Counted from the first letter of the stretch, positions 1 through 10,003 are shown. The stretch: 64,000 bases of DNA from Terriglobia bacterium (GCA_035578005.1 DATJYK010000085.1:9875-73874), one strand, 5' to 3'. Made by a program: numbers and translations. Notes: a model not told the origin generated them from the letters alone.

Positions 1-981
1 CTTATATAACGTGTCGTCGGTCGAGAGCTTCCCCAGCGTGCCAGTGCCCTGGTCCATCCGCGCGGTGATGGAATCGACGTGACCCACGGTAGAGTTCACG
101 CGGTCGTAGAGTTGCTGGTCCGTCACCAGTTTGCCCAGCGTGCCCTGTCCTTTGTTGATGTTGTCAAGCAGCGTGTTCATCTTGGCAGTGATGTCTTTCA
201 ATTGGTTGTACACCGCGGGGTCGGCCATGAGGCGCCCCATCGTGCCTTGGCCCTTCTGCACATCGTCCACAAGCGCATTCAGATGATCCACGGTTGCTAC
301 GGCCTTGTCATAAAGCGTGGGATCCACCAGAAATTTACCCAGGGTGCCCTGCCCTTGCTGGAGGTTGTTCACCATCGTCTGCATGCCGTTGAGTAATTGG
401 TTCAGGCGGTTATAGAAAGTTTCGTCGTAAAGCAGCTTGCCGATGGAGCCCTTGCCCTGAGTGATCTGGTTGGTAATGTCATTCAGCCGCTGGCTGAGCT
501 GGTTTAAATTGGAAATCACATCGTTGGCGTTCTGTTCGATGCGCTTGATATCCGCCTCTTGGAGAGTCTTGATCTCACTACCGTCCTGAAGTTCAGGCTG
601 GTCTGGACTGCCGCGGGAAATGTCGATAAAGGTTTCGCCCAGGAGGCCGGCCGTGGTCTCGTTCGCGACGGAATCGGCCCGGATTTCGTGCTGAAACTTC
701 TTCGGAATGCTGAGTGCGAGCTCCACCGCGCGATTGGGATCGCGGGAATCGGAAAGGCGAACGTCCTTGATGGAGCCGGCCGGAATTCCGGCCAGGCTAA
801 CCTGCGACCCGGGGCGCAGCCCCTCGGCCGATGGGAAATAGGCGAGCAAAGTGTACTTCCGAGTGACGAATCCAATCTGGCCGCTGACGAAAAAGATGGC
901 CACGACGAGAATGATCAGCGCTACTGCCACCATGATTCCCACTCGAAGTTGAGCCCACTGGATTTCCTGTCGCTGAGGCAT
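1..981 (-). CDS. MCE-family (MlaD-like) substrate-binding protein, partial; the C-terminus lies beyond the window start
   Basis: Absent from the ORF track because it has no stop in the window. Reverse-strand translation from the ATG at 981..979 gives MPQRQEIQWAQLRVGIMVAVALIILVVAIFFVSGQ (an N-terminal TM anchor), followed by MCE-like sequence (GLRPGSQVSLAGIPAGSIKDVRLS) that stays open to position 1. It lies directly downstream of, and co-directional with, the ABC permease and ATPase genes. Confidence 0.75.
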   Translation of the reverse strand, partial: MPQRQEIQWAQLRVGIMVAVALIILVVAIFFVSGQIGFVTRKYTLLAYFPSAEGLRPGSQVSLAGIPAGSIKDVRLSDSRDPNRAVELALSIPKKFQHEIRADSVANETTAGLLGETFIDISRGSPDQPELQDGSEIKTLQEADIKRIEQNANDVISNLNQLSQRLNDITNQITQGKGSIGKLLYDETFYNRLNQLLNGMQTMVNNLQQGQGTLGKFLVDPTLYDKAVATVDHLNALVDDVQKGQGTMGRLMADPAVYNQLKDITAKMNTLLDNINKGQGTLGKLVTDQQLYDRVNSTVGHVDSITARMDQGTGTLGKLSTDDTLYK

Positions 982-1203
982 TTACAATCTCGCTTTCCCG
1001 TACCGAGCAATCAAAATAACCGTCCAAATCAGAAGGCCTAACGTGCGTGGTGAAAAGCATTTCAAATGGCAAAAGGCAAAGGACAAAGTTCAAATGTTCG
1101 GCCGCTGTGGCGCGATTTTTTCCGCGCGCTTCCCGGTCAGATTTGCAATTTGAACTTTGCTCTTTGCCATTTGAACTGCCTTTATTGCTGTAGCAGCCGT
1201 CAG

Positions 1204-2046
1204 TCATTCAACGAATCGGCGCAGATAAGAATCGGGGGATGCAAGCAGCTCCTCGCGATTACCGCTAAAGTAGACCGACCCATCCCTGAGGACTAAAAAT
1301 TGCGTACCGCCGGCCGCCCTATCGCCGTTCTTCGCCGCTGCTGGCACGAGGCCTTGCTTCTCAGGGGAAAAGACGAAGCTCGAGACCATCAGGGCGTCCT
1401 GTATCCGGTGAGTCACAATGATGGATGTCACGTGTTGGGTGTCGCGCGATTTTACGATGAGAGTGTTAATGGTGTGTGCGGTAACGGGATCGAGCCCGGC
1501 CGTCGGCGAGTCATAGAGCATGATGGTGGGCTGGCTGCTGATGGCTCGCGCGATAGCCACCCGGCGGCGCATGCCTCCCGAGAGTTCCGCCGGCATCTTG
1601 TCGATGGCGTCTTCCATGTCCACAAAGCTCAAGACCTGCCGTACGTGCTCGCGGATCTCCGCCTCATCGTGCCCGCCTTCTTCCCGCAGCCGGTATGAGA
1701 CGTTTTCGTAGACGGAGAGCGAATCAAACAAAGCGCCCTCCTGAAATACGATGCCCATCCGCTGCCGGAAGGCGTTAATCTCGGTCTCGTGCAACGGCAC
1801 CAGGTCTTCCCCCTCGACGCGCACCTCTCCCGAGTCTGGCTTGAGCAAGCCCAAAATCAGCTTCAGCAACACGGACTTCCCGGAGCCTGATACCCCGAGC
1901 AGGACCAACGTCCCGGCCCTTGGAACCTCGAATGAGACGTCACGCAGCACGCGCTTCGCGTCGAAAGAGAGAACGACGTTGCGGAGCGCGATGGCGGGAG
2001 GCGGAGGCCGGTCGATAGCAGATGGAACGTAAGGGGATGTCGCCAC
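1204..2046 (-). CDS. mlaF: ABC transporter ATP-binding protein (MlaF-like)
   Basis: Walker A motif GVSGSGKS, ABC signature LSGGMRRRVAIARA, and Walker B/D-loop IMLYDSPTAGLDP. It follows an MlaE-like permease gene. Confidence 0.9.
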   Translation of the reverse strand: MATSPYVPSAIDRPPPPAIALRNVVLSFDAKRVLRDVSFEVPRAGTLVLLGVSGSGKSVLLKLILGLLKPDSGEVRVEGEDLVPLHETEINAFRQRMGIVFQEGALFDSLSVYENVSYRLREEGGHDEAEIREHVRQVLSFVDMEDAIDKMPAELSGGMRRRVAIARAISSQPTIMLYDSPTAGLDPVTAHTINTLIVKSRDTQHVTSIIVTHRIQDALMVSSFVFSPEKQGLVPAAAKNGDRAAGGTQFLVLRDGSVYFSGNREELLASPDSYLRRFVE

Positions 2047-2272
2047 TCAGCCTCGCGCGGAACGAACGGTTCAGGCTAACGCCTGGCCGGCTGTGTTTGG
2101 GCTGGGTTTCTCATTGCGAACCCGAAAGGACTTCCACGCAGCCGTTCCCGCGAAAGCGGGAATCTACGAGTTCCCACACAGGGTCGAAAAACAGCCGTCG
2201 TCGCCTTGTAGGGCCGGGGCTTGCCCCGGCCAAGTCCGACCCGAGGGTCGGCCCAACCAACCGCTCCTGGTT

Positions 2273-3106
2273 TTACGCGAACCCAATCCCGATCAAGAAC
2301 TGCGTAATCAGGAAGTCCAGCATGATCACGAGGACGATGGAGACAACAACGGCCTGAGTGGTGGAGCGTCCCACGCCCTCGGTACCGCCCGTTGTGTTGA
2401 GCCCGAAGTAGCAACCCACAATCGCGATCACCAGCGCGAACACAACCGGTTTGATGAGGCCCTGCGTCAGGTCGTGATAGTCGAGGTTCTGGTATGCCGA
2501 ACTCCAATACTGGGCGGCCGTCAGGTGGGCGGTGGTGACCGCAATAAAGGAGCCTCCGATCATGGCCACGAAATCCGAGATCACGGTCAGCAGCGGCACG
2601 GTGATGAGTGTGGCATAAAGACGCGGCGCCACGAGTTTGCGCACCGGGTCAGTTCCCATGGCGCGCAGGGCGTCAATCTGTTCGCTCACCAACATGGAGC
2701 CTAGTTCCGATGCGATGCCGGAGGCGTTGCGGCCGGCGACCACAACAGCGGTCAGCACCGGTCCCAACTCGAGCACCACCGAAAGAGCCACCATCTGGCC
2801 TAGGATGCTGACCTCGCCGAAGCGCGCGAGACTTCGATAGCTTTGAAGGGCAAGGACTGCTCCAGTGAAAAAGCCCACCAGCAGGACAATCGGCAGCGAA
2901 CCCACACCGATCACGTCCATCTGCATCAAGGTGTCGAGGGGGTAGCGCGGCCTCGTAACAAGCGCGCGCGAGGCATTGGCGAGCAGGTAGCTGCCGTCTT
3001 GGATGGCAAGGACCTTGCGCTTGAGATAGCTCAAGACCCTTCCCTCTGCCCTGTAAGCGGCCGCAAGCGGTGTATCCTCCCTAACTTGGACTGTAGTCAG
3101 CGCCAC
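2273..3106 (-). CDS. mlaE: ABC transporter permease (MlaE-like)
   Basis: 277-aa polytopic membrane protein with the typical MlaE/YrbE length and hydrophobic profile. It is first in the permease-ATPase-MCE gene order. Confidence 0.85.
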   Translation of the reverse strand: MALTTVQVREDTPLAAAYRAEGRVLSYLKRKVLAIQDGSYLLANASRALVTRPRYPLDTLMQMDVIGVGSLPIVLLVGFFTGAVLALQSYRSLARFGEVSILGQMVALSVVLELGPVLTAVVVAGRNASGIASELGSMLVSEQIDALRAMGTDPVRKLVAPRLYATLITVPLLTVISDFVAMIGGSFIAVTTAHLTAAQYWSSAYQNLDYHDLTQGLIKPVVFALVIAIVGCYFGLNTTGGTEGVGRSTTQAVVVSIVLVIMLDFLITQFLIGIGFA

Positions 3107-3318
3107 GCCCGAAAGTCAAGGCGCACGTGGATCTTGCGCTCCTCGGGTTTCGAGGGCGAGCCGGTAAATCTTCAGTGATCTGACGTGTGGAGTTTATGCG
3201 CGGTCGGCAGACTGGGGCGTTAGCACATCGGCCGGACAAAGGGCGCGGCCAACTCGCGGCGTCGGTTTCCAAGTGACACCCGCTGCTGTTGCCTGTAAAA
3301 TCGGTGCCTTGAGGCCGG

Positions 3319-4236
3319 TTGATGAGTGAAAAGTTCGTCGTCGGTTTGGTTCAAATGGCCTGTTCACCCGAGCCGGCCGCGAATCTTGAGCAGGCGCTCG
3401 ACCGCGTCCAAGAGGCCGCGCGACAGGGTGCCCGCGTGGTTTGCCTTCCCGAATTGTTCCGCTCCCAGTATTTCTGTCAAAGGGAGGATGCGGCGTTCTT
3501 CGACCTGGCCGAGCCCATCCCCGGCCCTACCACTCAGGCTCTCGCTGCTGCGGCGCAGAAGTCAGGCGTGGTGGTAGTGGCGCCTGTCTTCGAGCGGCGC
3601 GCGGCAGGGCTCTATCACAACAGCGCCGTCGTGCTCGATTCCAACGGTGAAATGCGCGGACTTTACCGCAAGATGCACATTCCGGACGATCCTTGCTATT
3701 ACGAGAAGTATTACTTTACGCCGGGCGACCTTGGTTTCCCTGCTTTTGACACTAACGTGGGCCGAATTGGCACCCTGATCTGTTGGGACCAATGGTACCC
3801 GGAGGCAGCGCGGCTCCAAAGCCTGCGTGGCGCGGGAGTCCTTTTCTACCCTACGGCGATCGGGTGGCATCCGCATGAAAAGCAGAAGTACGGTGTTGCC
3901 CAGCGCGATGCCTGGCGTACCATCCAGCGCGGCCACGCCATCGCTAATGGTGTTTATGTGGCTGTTGTCAATCGCGTAGGGCATGAAAAGCTCAAGGCCG
4001 CCGAAGGGTCAAGCAGTGAGCCGCCGGGCATTGAATTTTGGGGTTCATCGTTCATCGCAGATCCCTTCGGGGTGGTGGTAGCGGAAGCCTCGACTGACGG
4101 GGAGGAGATTCTGTTGGCTGAAGTTGATCCCCAGCGCATCGAGGACGTGCGGCGCAACTGGCCATTTCTGCGCGACCGTCGGGTGGATTCGTACTCTGGT
4201 CTGGGCAAGCGCTACTTGGATGACGAGACGCCGTGA
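3319..4236 (+). CDS. aguB: N-carbamoylputrescine amidase (carbon-nitrogen hydrolase family)
   Basis: Strong AguB-like motifs: KYYFTPGD, ICWDQWYPEAAR, LFYPTAIG and FELFRSQYFCQ. It overlaps the aguA start by 4 nt. Confidence 0.85.
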   Translation: MMSEKFVVGLVQMACSPEPAANLEQALDRVQEAARQGARVVCLPELFRSQYFCQREDAAFFDLAEPIPGPTTQALAAAAQKSGVVVVAPVFERRAAGLYHNSAVVLDSNGEMRGLYRKMHIPDDPCYYEKYYFTPGDLGFPAFDTNVGRIGTLICWDQWYPEAARLQSLRGAGVLFYPTAIGWHPHEKQKYGVAQRDAWRTIQRGHAIANGVYVAVVNRVGHEKLKAAEGSSSEPPGIEFWGSSFIADPFGVVVAEASTDGEEILLAEVDPQRIEDVRRNWPFLRDRRVDSYSGLGKRYLDDETP

Positions 4237-5393
4237 AAGATTCCCCAGGCACCCCAAAGGCACATCAGCGGCGCGGCGCCTCAGCCGCGGCCTCGTCCCG
4301 CGCTCCCAATCGCAAGGTCGAAACGCCGCACCCGTCACCCGAAGAAGAGACTCCTGCGGCTTTGGGGTTTCGCTTTCCCGCCGAATGGGAGAGGCACGAA
4401 GCCACATGGATCGGCTGGCCCCACCACACCGCGGATTGGCCTGGAAAGTTTGCGGCCATACCGTGGGTGTTCGGAGAAATCGTCCGCCACCTCGTGAAGG
4501 GCGAGAAAGTACGGGTGCTCGTGCAGTCCGCGGCGCATGAGAAACGCGCCCGAGACATCCTCGATCGCGTTGGGGCTGGGGGCGACGTTGAGTTCTTCCG
4601 CATCCCGACGGATCGGGCATGGACGCGCGACTCGGGCCCGTTATTCCTAAAGCGCGATCATGAGCTGGCGATAGCGGGATTTCACTTTAACGGTTGGGCC
4701 AAGTACCGGAACTGCAGGCTCGACGCGGCTGTGGCTCGCGATGTGTCGGGCGTACTCGGGCACCGCTTCTTTCCTGTGGCGGTGAATGGCAAGAAATTCG
4801 TCCTGGAAGGTGGAGCGATTGATGGCAACGGCCGCGGCACGCTGGTGACAACAGAAGAATGTTTGCTTGACCAGCATATGCAGCCACGCAATCCTGGGCT
4901 GCGGCGCGAGGAAATCGAGAGGGTGGTCGCGGACTACCTGGGTGCCTCCAACGTGCTGTGGCTCGGACGGGGCATTGCCGGAGATGACACGCATGGCCAC
5001 GTCGACGACGTGTGCCGGTTCGTTAACCCGCGCACTTTGGTCCTCTGCCGGGAGTCGAACCAGCGTGATCCGAACTACGGAGTCTTAGCAGAGAACTGGG
5101 AGCGCGTGCAGGGGATGCACCTTGAAGACGGGTCCAAAGTCGAAGTGGCGCCCCTACCGATGCCGGCGCCAGTGTACTTCGACGGGCAACGGCTCCCCGC
5201 GAGTTACGCGAACTTTTACATCGCGAACGCGGCAGTGCTGGTGCCGACGTTTAATGATCCAAATGATCGCATCGCGCTGGGCGCCCTGGCGGAACTAATA
5301 ACTGACCGGCCCGTCCTTGGCATTCATTCTTTGGATCTGGTTTGGGGATTGGGGACGCTGCATTGCTTGACCCAGCAGCAGCCGCAACCATGA
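4233..5393 (+). CDS. aguA: agmatine deiminase (peptidyl-arginine deiminase-like)
   Basis: Motifs WIGWPH and THGHVDDVCRF, plus the C-terminal catalytic Cys context GTLHCLTQQQP. It is paired with aguB. Confidence 0.85.
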   Translation: MKDSPGTPKAHQRRGASAAASSRAPNRKVETPHPSPEEETPAALGFRFPAEWERHEATWIGWPHHTADWPGKFAAIPWVFGEIVRHLVKGEKVRVLVQSAAHEKRARDILDRVGAGGDVEFFRIPTDRAWTRDSGPLFLKRDHELAIAGFHFNGWAKYRNCRLDAAVARDVSGVLGHRFFPVAVNGKKFVLEGGAIDGNGRGTLVTTEECLLDQHMQPRNPGLRREEIERVVADYLGASNVLWLGRGIAGDDTHGHVDDVCRFVNPRTLVLCRESNQRDPNYGVLAENWERVQGMHLEDGSKVEVAPLPMPAPVYFDGQRLPASYANFYIANAAVLVPTFNDPNDRIALGALAELITDRPVLGIHSLDLVWGLGTLHCLTQQQPQP

Positions 5394-5509
5394 GCATTCC
5401 GCCCTTGAAGCATCATCGCCCAAATTGCGTTGCTCTGCGAGAATTCTTAGGAACTTGGAGGCGGGTTCTTGTAGACGGTGTGCAATGAACCCCACGTCGC
5501 TCAGCGAGC

Positions 5510-5538
5510 AAAAAAAAATGGGGGGAGAACCTCCCCCC
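5510..5538 (-). terminator. rho-independent terminator on the minus strand (GC hairpin plus U9)
   Basis: The minus-strand RNA reads GGGGGGAG-GUU-CUCCCCCC followed by A/UUUUUUUUU. On the plus strand the A-run precedes the hairpin, so it is not a plus-strand terminator. Confidence 0.6.
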
Positions 5539-6033
5539 AAGCGTCGGGTGTTGGGTCTAAAATCGCCTCCCGTCACGGCTCTGCGATACGCAGGGCCACA
5601 ACAAGAGATCGCTGTAGGCTGTGCACGCCGCGTTCCAATGCGCCACAGTGTTACAATGGACCCAGACTGAGGTCGCTAACAAATTCATTTATATACAGTT
5701 GTGATCGCAATGTGTATCGAAAACCACGGGTTTAGAACCGAACGGGGTCTTCACATTCTAGTATTCCTGGGGATTGGCTATGTGAACTTGTATCCATATG
5801 AGGGCTCGGCGGCCTTGGAATGAGTGGTCGAATCCACGCATGGCCTCCTGCAAGTCAGCCTACGAACGCGTCGGATACGAGGTTGCAGAGCAGGGGCCCA
5901 GTCTCGAGAACGCGCGTGAGACGCGCAACAAATCGTCGAGGTTGAGCCGCTGCCTCCGACCACTGGCGCAACGAAATGAGATTCGACGCGCCCAAGCTCG
6001 CCCGCATCCAATCTTGAGAATCACGAGCTTAGT

Positions 6034-6807
6034 ATGATCGATATTCACTGCCATCCACTCCCGGGTGTGGACGATGGCGCTAAGTCGGTGGACGAGGCGG
6101 CTGAAATGTGCCGCATGGCGGCGAGCGATGGTATTACTCACATCGTGGCCACTCCGCACTGCAACTACGAATATCCCTTTCAGCCGAACGTGAACCAGGA
6201 AAAACTCGGCGAACTGCAGGCGGCCGTCGGGCAGGAACCTAAACTCCTTTTGGGCTGTGATTTTCATCTCTCCTACGACAACATCCGCGAGGTCACAAAG
6301 AACCGGGGCAGCTTTACCATCAACGGTGGCCGCTATCTTCTAGTGGAGTTCGAGGATCAGTTCATACCCGAGAGCATGGATCATGTCTTTTACGACTTAC
6401 AAGTGGCAGGCCTCGTCCCAATCTTGACTCATCCCGAGCGAAATGCTGTGTTGCATCGTAAGCCGGAAATGGTTTATCAGTGGGTCGCACGCGGCTGCTT
6501 GGTGCAGGTTACCGCCCAGTCTCTCACGGGCCGCTTTGGCACCACCGCCCAGCGGCTCTCCGAAATGTGGCTTGCGCGCAACCTGGTGCATTTCTTTGCC
6601 TCCGACGCGCATGACACCAAGCGCCGTCCGCCGTTGCTTTCGATATGCTACGATCGAGTCGCGGCTCAGAAGGGCAAGAGTGAGGCTGAGCGCTTATTAC
6701 GGTGCAACCAGGCGGCAGTGATCGAAGACAAGCCCTTGCCTCTTGGCCCCGAACCACTCGCTCCTCAGCCCACCAAGAGCTGGTTCTCCTGGCTGCGCCG
6801 GTCTTGA
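6034..6807 (+). CDS. PHP-domain protein-tyrosine phosphatase (CpsB/YwqE family)
   Basis: The N-terminus MIDIHCHPLPGVDDG and the later HIVATPHCNYE, LTHPERN and FFASDAHD motifs are the metal-binding histidines of CpsB-type Mn phosphatases. Confidence 0.8.
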   Translation: MIDIHCHPLPGVDDGAKSVDEAAEMCRMAASDGITHIVATPHCNYEYPFQPNVNQEKLGELQAAVGQEPKLLLGCDFHLSYDNIREVTKNRGSFTINGGRYLLVEFEDQFIPESMDHVFYDLQVAGLVPILTHPERNAVLHRKPEMVYQWVARGCLVQVTAQSLTGRFGTTAQRLSEMWLARNLVHFFASDAHDTKRRPPLLSICYDRVAAQKGKSEAERLLRCNQAAVIEDKPLPLGPEPLAPQPTKSWFSWLRRS

Positions 6808-7343
6808 GGCGCTGCCGACCGGGTTGTTCGCCATGATTATAGGACGTTCCGCCTTCACGGGTGAGTGACAACGCGCGTCTAACAGTTTAAGTGTTCGCCC
6901 GCAAAATAAAGGTCGAAGTGGTTGAGCCCAAGCCGTTGCGGCCCTGTCCGCTTTCCTGGCTGGATAGCTTCGCCATGCGAAGCTTCACCGGTCGATCGGC
7001 ATTCGACGATGTCCTGCCTGCCGGCGATGGCCAACTCGAGGTTAGCTTTCGGGTGGAGTTGGAGGCGCTGCGGCAAGACATGGAAGATTGGCTCACGCGC
7101 AAGTTTGGCCAAGGCGAGCCCATACGTCTCCAATTCACCGAAGACCCTTGAGCTTTTTGGGCGTGCTTGGAACCGACTGAACGCAACGGCACCTGCCGTT
7201 AAGGCAGGCGGTGGTGGACTTACTGTTCCAGTGCGGCCAGAACTGAGCCAGCGCTCATCGCTGTGCGACAAGGACTCGCAAGAGGGAAGAGGGCGATCCA
7301 ATCGACCGCCCCCCACAGCCTGGTTGATCGAGTCCGCACGCGA

Positions 7344-9131
7344 TTAGAAGAGTCCGGGTAGGACCTGGGTGCCCTCTTGCTGGACGCTCTGCAGGCTGCT
7401 TGGGTTCAGTCCGAGCGCCTGCAGGATGGTTGGAGCCACCTGCATGGTTTCGACCGGCGTGGTTATTGTGCTAGGTGCGAGGCTCGGGTTCGAAAGCAAC
7501 ATGATGACGTTGGTGTCGTCATGTGCGAAACCACCGTGTTCCGCCAGTTTCTTGCCGCTGCCCGAGTAAGTCACGCCGATGTTAGGAGTCACCAGAATGT
7601 CTGGGGTACGGGGGTCTAGACCCGGCCCGAGTCCGGGCGCGTTGAAAAGCTGCGTAAGTCCCGGTCCCCAGAAAATCTCGCCGATGCCTGCGATATTGCT
7701 GGTTGACGGCGATTGCGTCTGAAGCATACCGACAACCTGTGAAGTGGTGCACTGGCTGTCGAGCCAGAGCATCGAGACATCATCCTCTGTCGGCCCGATG
7801 CCGGTGGGATTCGACGGGGATTCAGACTCGGGCAGGCAGCCGGAGTTGTCCGCGATGGTTGCCGGCGACGTGGTTATGGGATCGCCAGTCACAGTCGAGA
7901 TCCCCAAGTAGCGAGAGGAGTCGATGGGACTCTGGCCGTGCTTGGCCGTAATCACAATCAGCGTGGAGTTGTAGAGACCGGCGGCTTTTAGTGCAGCCAC
8001 CATCTGACCGATCGAATAGTCAACGAATTGAATCTGGCCGAGCAGCGCCGTCGTGGGTGTCCCTTGCGAGTCCAGATAGCCCCCGGTGACGGTCGGGGTC
8101 AGTGTCTTTTCGACTAGCTTTTCTCCGACGCTCACAGCCTGAAAATTCATTCCGAACAGCTCGGGTACGGGAGCCGGGGCAGAGCCGTTGTGGGTCTTAC
8201 CCTTGATTTCGTTGAGAACCGCATTCACCTTCAGCGCGTCGTAGCATTGAACGTTCTGGAAGCTATCCGTCCAGGCATTCGACGGCGACACGGCGGTCTG
8301 GTCAGGCAGAGGGTTGCAACTGGTAGATATCGCTTTTACACCTGGCAGATTTATTGGAATCGAGTTGATCTCTGGGGAGAAGTAGTCGTCCACGTTGGCT
8401 CCGTTCCCTGGGCCGGAAACCGCCGAATACGACGGATGCTTGTCTGACCAGGCAGTGTAGCCACCAGCGCCGTGCACGACGCCAAAAATGGTATTAATGC
8501 GAACGAAGTTCCACGGATAAACCGGCGCGCAGCCTTGACTCGGGTCGCGTTCCAGTTTCCTGGGGTCAATCGAGGCAATTCCGCCTTGCCCGGAGGACGC
8601 GCCTCCATTGAGCATCGTCTGGTTGATGTCGATTCCCTCATCAAACTCCGTGGTCGTTCCCGTTGGCGTCGTGTACGGCAGGCAGGCGCCCGGGCTGCCC
8701 GCTACGCCGTTCCCGGTCGTGGCGGCCGGAGGATCGAGCGACCGGTCGTAGGCAACATCGTAAAACGCTCCCACGCTGCGCGGAGATCCGCCACTCACGA
8801 TGGCCATTAAGCCGGGAAAGGAATCGGACGGCCTGGAAGTGGAAGCGTAGAGATAGTTGACGCCTGTTGGTTTCAGGCCAGCGAGATTGGGGCAGTAAGG
8901 ATTGCCTCCGTTGGCCCCGGCGATTCCGTTGGCGCAATTGATGAAATCCAGTGCGTGCATTCCGTCGATGCTGATGAGCAGGACGTGGCTCACCGTTGAA
9001 AGTTGCTGCGGCGCTGTCCGTCGCGGCGGGGGTTCGGCGCCAGGTTTGCCAGCGCCTTGAACGTTAGTAGCGATCATCAGTAGAGCGACCGAAAACGACA
9101 GCCAAAGCCTTACCCTGCGAGTACCTCTCAT
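7344..9131 (-). CDS. secreted alkaline-phosphatase-superfamily enzyme (type I phosphodiesterase / nucleotide pyrophosphatase-like)
   Basis: Signal peptide MRGTRRVRLWLSFSVALLMIATNVQG, the metal-site motif VLLISIDGMHALD, and C-terminal HGGFAHDDT. The 595-aa protein has Ser/Thr/Gly-rich linkers. Confidence 0.65.
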   Translation of the reverse strand: MRGTRRVRLWLSFSVALLMIATNVQGAGKPGAEPPPRRTAPQQLSTVSHVLLISIDGMHALDFINCANGIAGANGGNPYCPNLAGLKPTGVNYLYASTSRPSDSFPGLMAIVSGGSPRSVGAFYDVAYDRSLDPPAATTGNGVAGSPGACLPYTTPTGTTTEFDEGIDINQTMLNGGASSGQGGIASIDPRKLERDPSQGCAPVYPWNFVRINTIFGVVHGAGGYTAWSDKHPSYSAVSGPGNGANVDDYFSPEINSIPINLPGVKAISTSCNPLPDQTAVSPSNAWTDSFQNVQCYDALKVNAVLNEIKGKTHNGSAPAPVPELFGMNFQAVSVGEKLVEKTLTPTVTGGYLDSQGTPTTALLGQIQFVDYSIGQMVAALKAAGLYNSTLIVITAKHGQSPIDSSRYLGISTVTGDPITTSPATIADNSGCLPESESPSNPTGIGPTEDDVSMLWLDSQCTTSQVVGMLQTQSPSTSNIAGIGEIFWGPGLTQLFNAPGLGPGLDPRTPDILVTPNIGVTYSGSGKKLAEHGGFAHDDTNVIMLLSNPSLAPSTITTPVETMQVAPTILQALGLNPSSLQSVQQEGTQVLPGLF

Positions 9132-9264
9132 GCAAGCCTCCTGGTAGATTTCCCCTTCGAGGCTTGGTTATAACAAAGGGCTATCGTGGGTACATTACTG
9201 CTGCGTGAATATCACGTTAAGGAACTGTTGCGGTCAAGCAGATGCCTGACGGGAGAAGATCGCC

Positions 9265-9819
9265 TCAGGCGGCAGCCGTCTTGACCGCGGCGGCTGGAAC
9301 TGTTTGGACAATCACGCGGCAGGGTGCGTGCTTGGTGACGTATTCCACCGCTGAGCCCAGTAGGGCCTTCGCCACGTAGGATCTTTTGCGGCGGTAGCCG
9401 AGAACGATCAGGTCAGCCGCTTGGTCTTCGGCTTCACGGATAATCGCCGGGCCTGCCTCGCGGGCGCGAACCAGTCGCGTCGAGATTTCCTTCAGATACT
9501 TCTGCGAAGCCGCTTGGTGCGCCAGTTCCAGCAGCCGCTGGCCCGTGCGGTCCAGAGCCGCGTCGTCGGCATCCAGCGGCAACCCAAGCCCCACCTCAAC
9601 TACATGCAGTGCAGTCACGTCCGCTCCGGTACCTTGGGCCATCTCACAAGCCAGCTTTACCAAGCTTTCCACGTGTTCGCGGTCTTGAAGAGCGACTATG
9701 ATCTTTGTCTCTGGCATGTCTTCCTCCCGGCTGCACGTCGCGTCCACCCTCGTGCAGCCCTCGACTCCCTCACACTCACGATACTCAGAGCCATGTCGCG
9801 GTAACGTGACCTGTGTCAC
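9265..9819 (-). CDS. universal stress protein (UspA family); true start probably the MPETKIIVALQ Met near 9717
   Basis: Usp motifs KIIVALQD...ALHVVEV and LIVLGYRRKRSYVAKALLGSAVEYVTKHAPCRVIVQ. The track ORF begins at a GTG. Confidence 0.8.
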   Translation of the reverse strand: MTQVTLPRHGSEYRECEGVEGCTRVDATCSREEDMPETKIIVALQDREHVESLVKLACEMAQGTGADVTALHVVEVGLGLPLDADDAALDRTGQRLLELAHQAASQKYLKEISTRLVRAREAGPAIIREAEDQAADLIVLGYRRKRSYVAKALLGSAVEYVTKHAPCRVIVQTVPAAAVKTAAA

Positions 9820-9894
9820 GAGTGGGCGTGACGAGCCTCACCGAGGGCTACCTTGCGGCGAGCTGCGGGTGTAAACACCGGTGACATTTGTCAC
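9806..9894. promoter_or_regulatory. three GTGAC-N4-GTCAC palindromes in the divergent usp-usp intergenic region
   Basis: GTGACCTGTGTCAC (9806-9819), GTGACGAGCCTCAC (9827-9840, one mismatch) and GTGACATTTGTCAC (9881-9894). The half-site resembles CRP/FNR-type TGTGA/TCACA boxes. Confidence 0.45.
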
Positions 9895-10003
9895 AAAGAG
9901 CGGTAATAAGCGTCACAGCTTGGTGCTCAAGCCCGAATTAACGTAGGGGTGTTGAAAGGGTCGGAGGCGGTTGAAAGGGCCTGCCGACCGGAGGTGAATC
10001 GCC

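Noticed and set aside
79-1041. plus-strand ORFs at 79-396 and 559-1041
   Set aside because: They are antisense to the MlaD-like reading frame, which is continuous, carries an MCE-like domain and fits the operon.
2093-2704. 203-aa plus-strand ORF spanning the mlaF-mlaE intergenic region and the mlaE 3' end
   Set aside because: It overlaps a well-supported permease gene antisense. Its N-terminal part covers a repeat-containing intergenic spacer.
6891-7151. 86-aa GTG-initiated ORF in the 540-bp convergent intergenic region
   Set aside because: It has no ribosome-binding site or recognisable domain. Its composition is plausible, but the evidence is insufficient to call it a gene.
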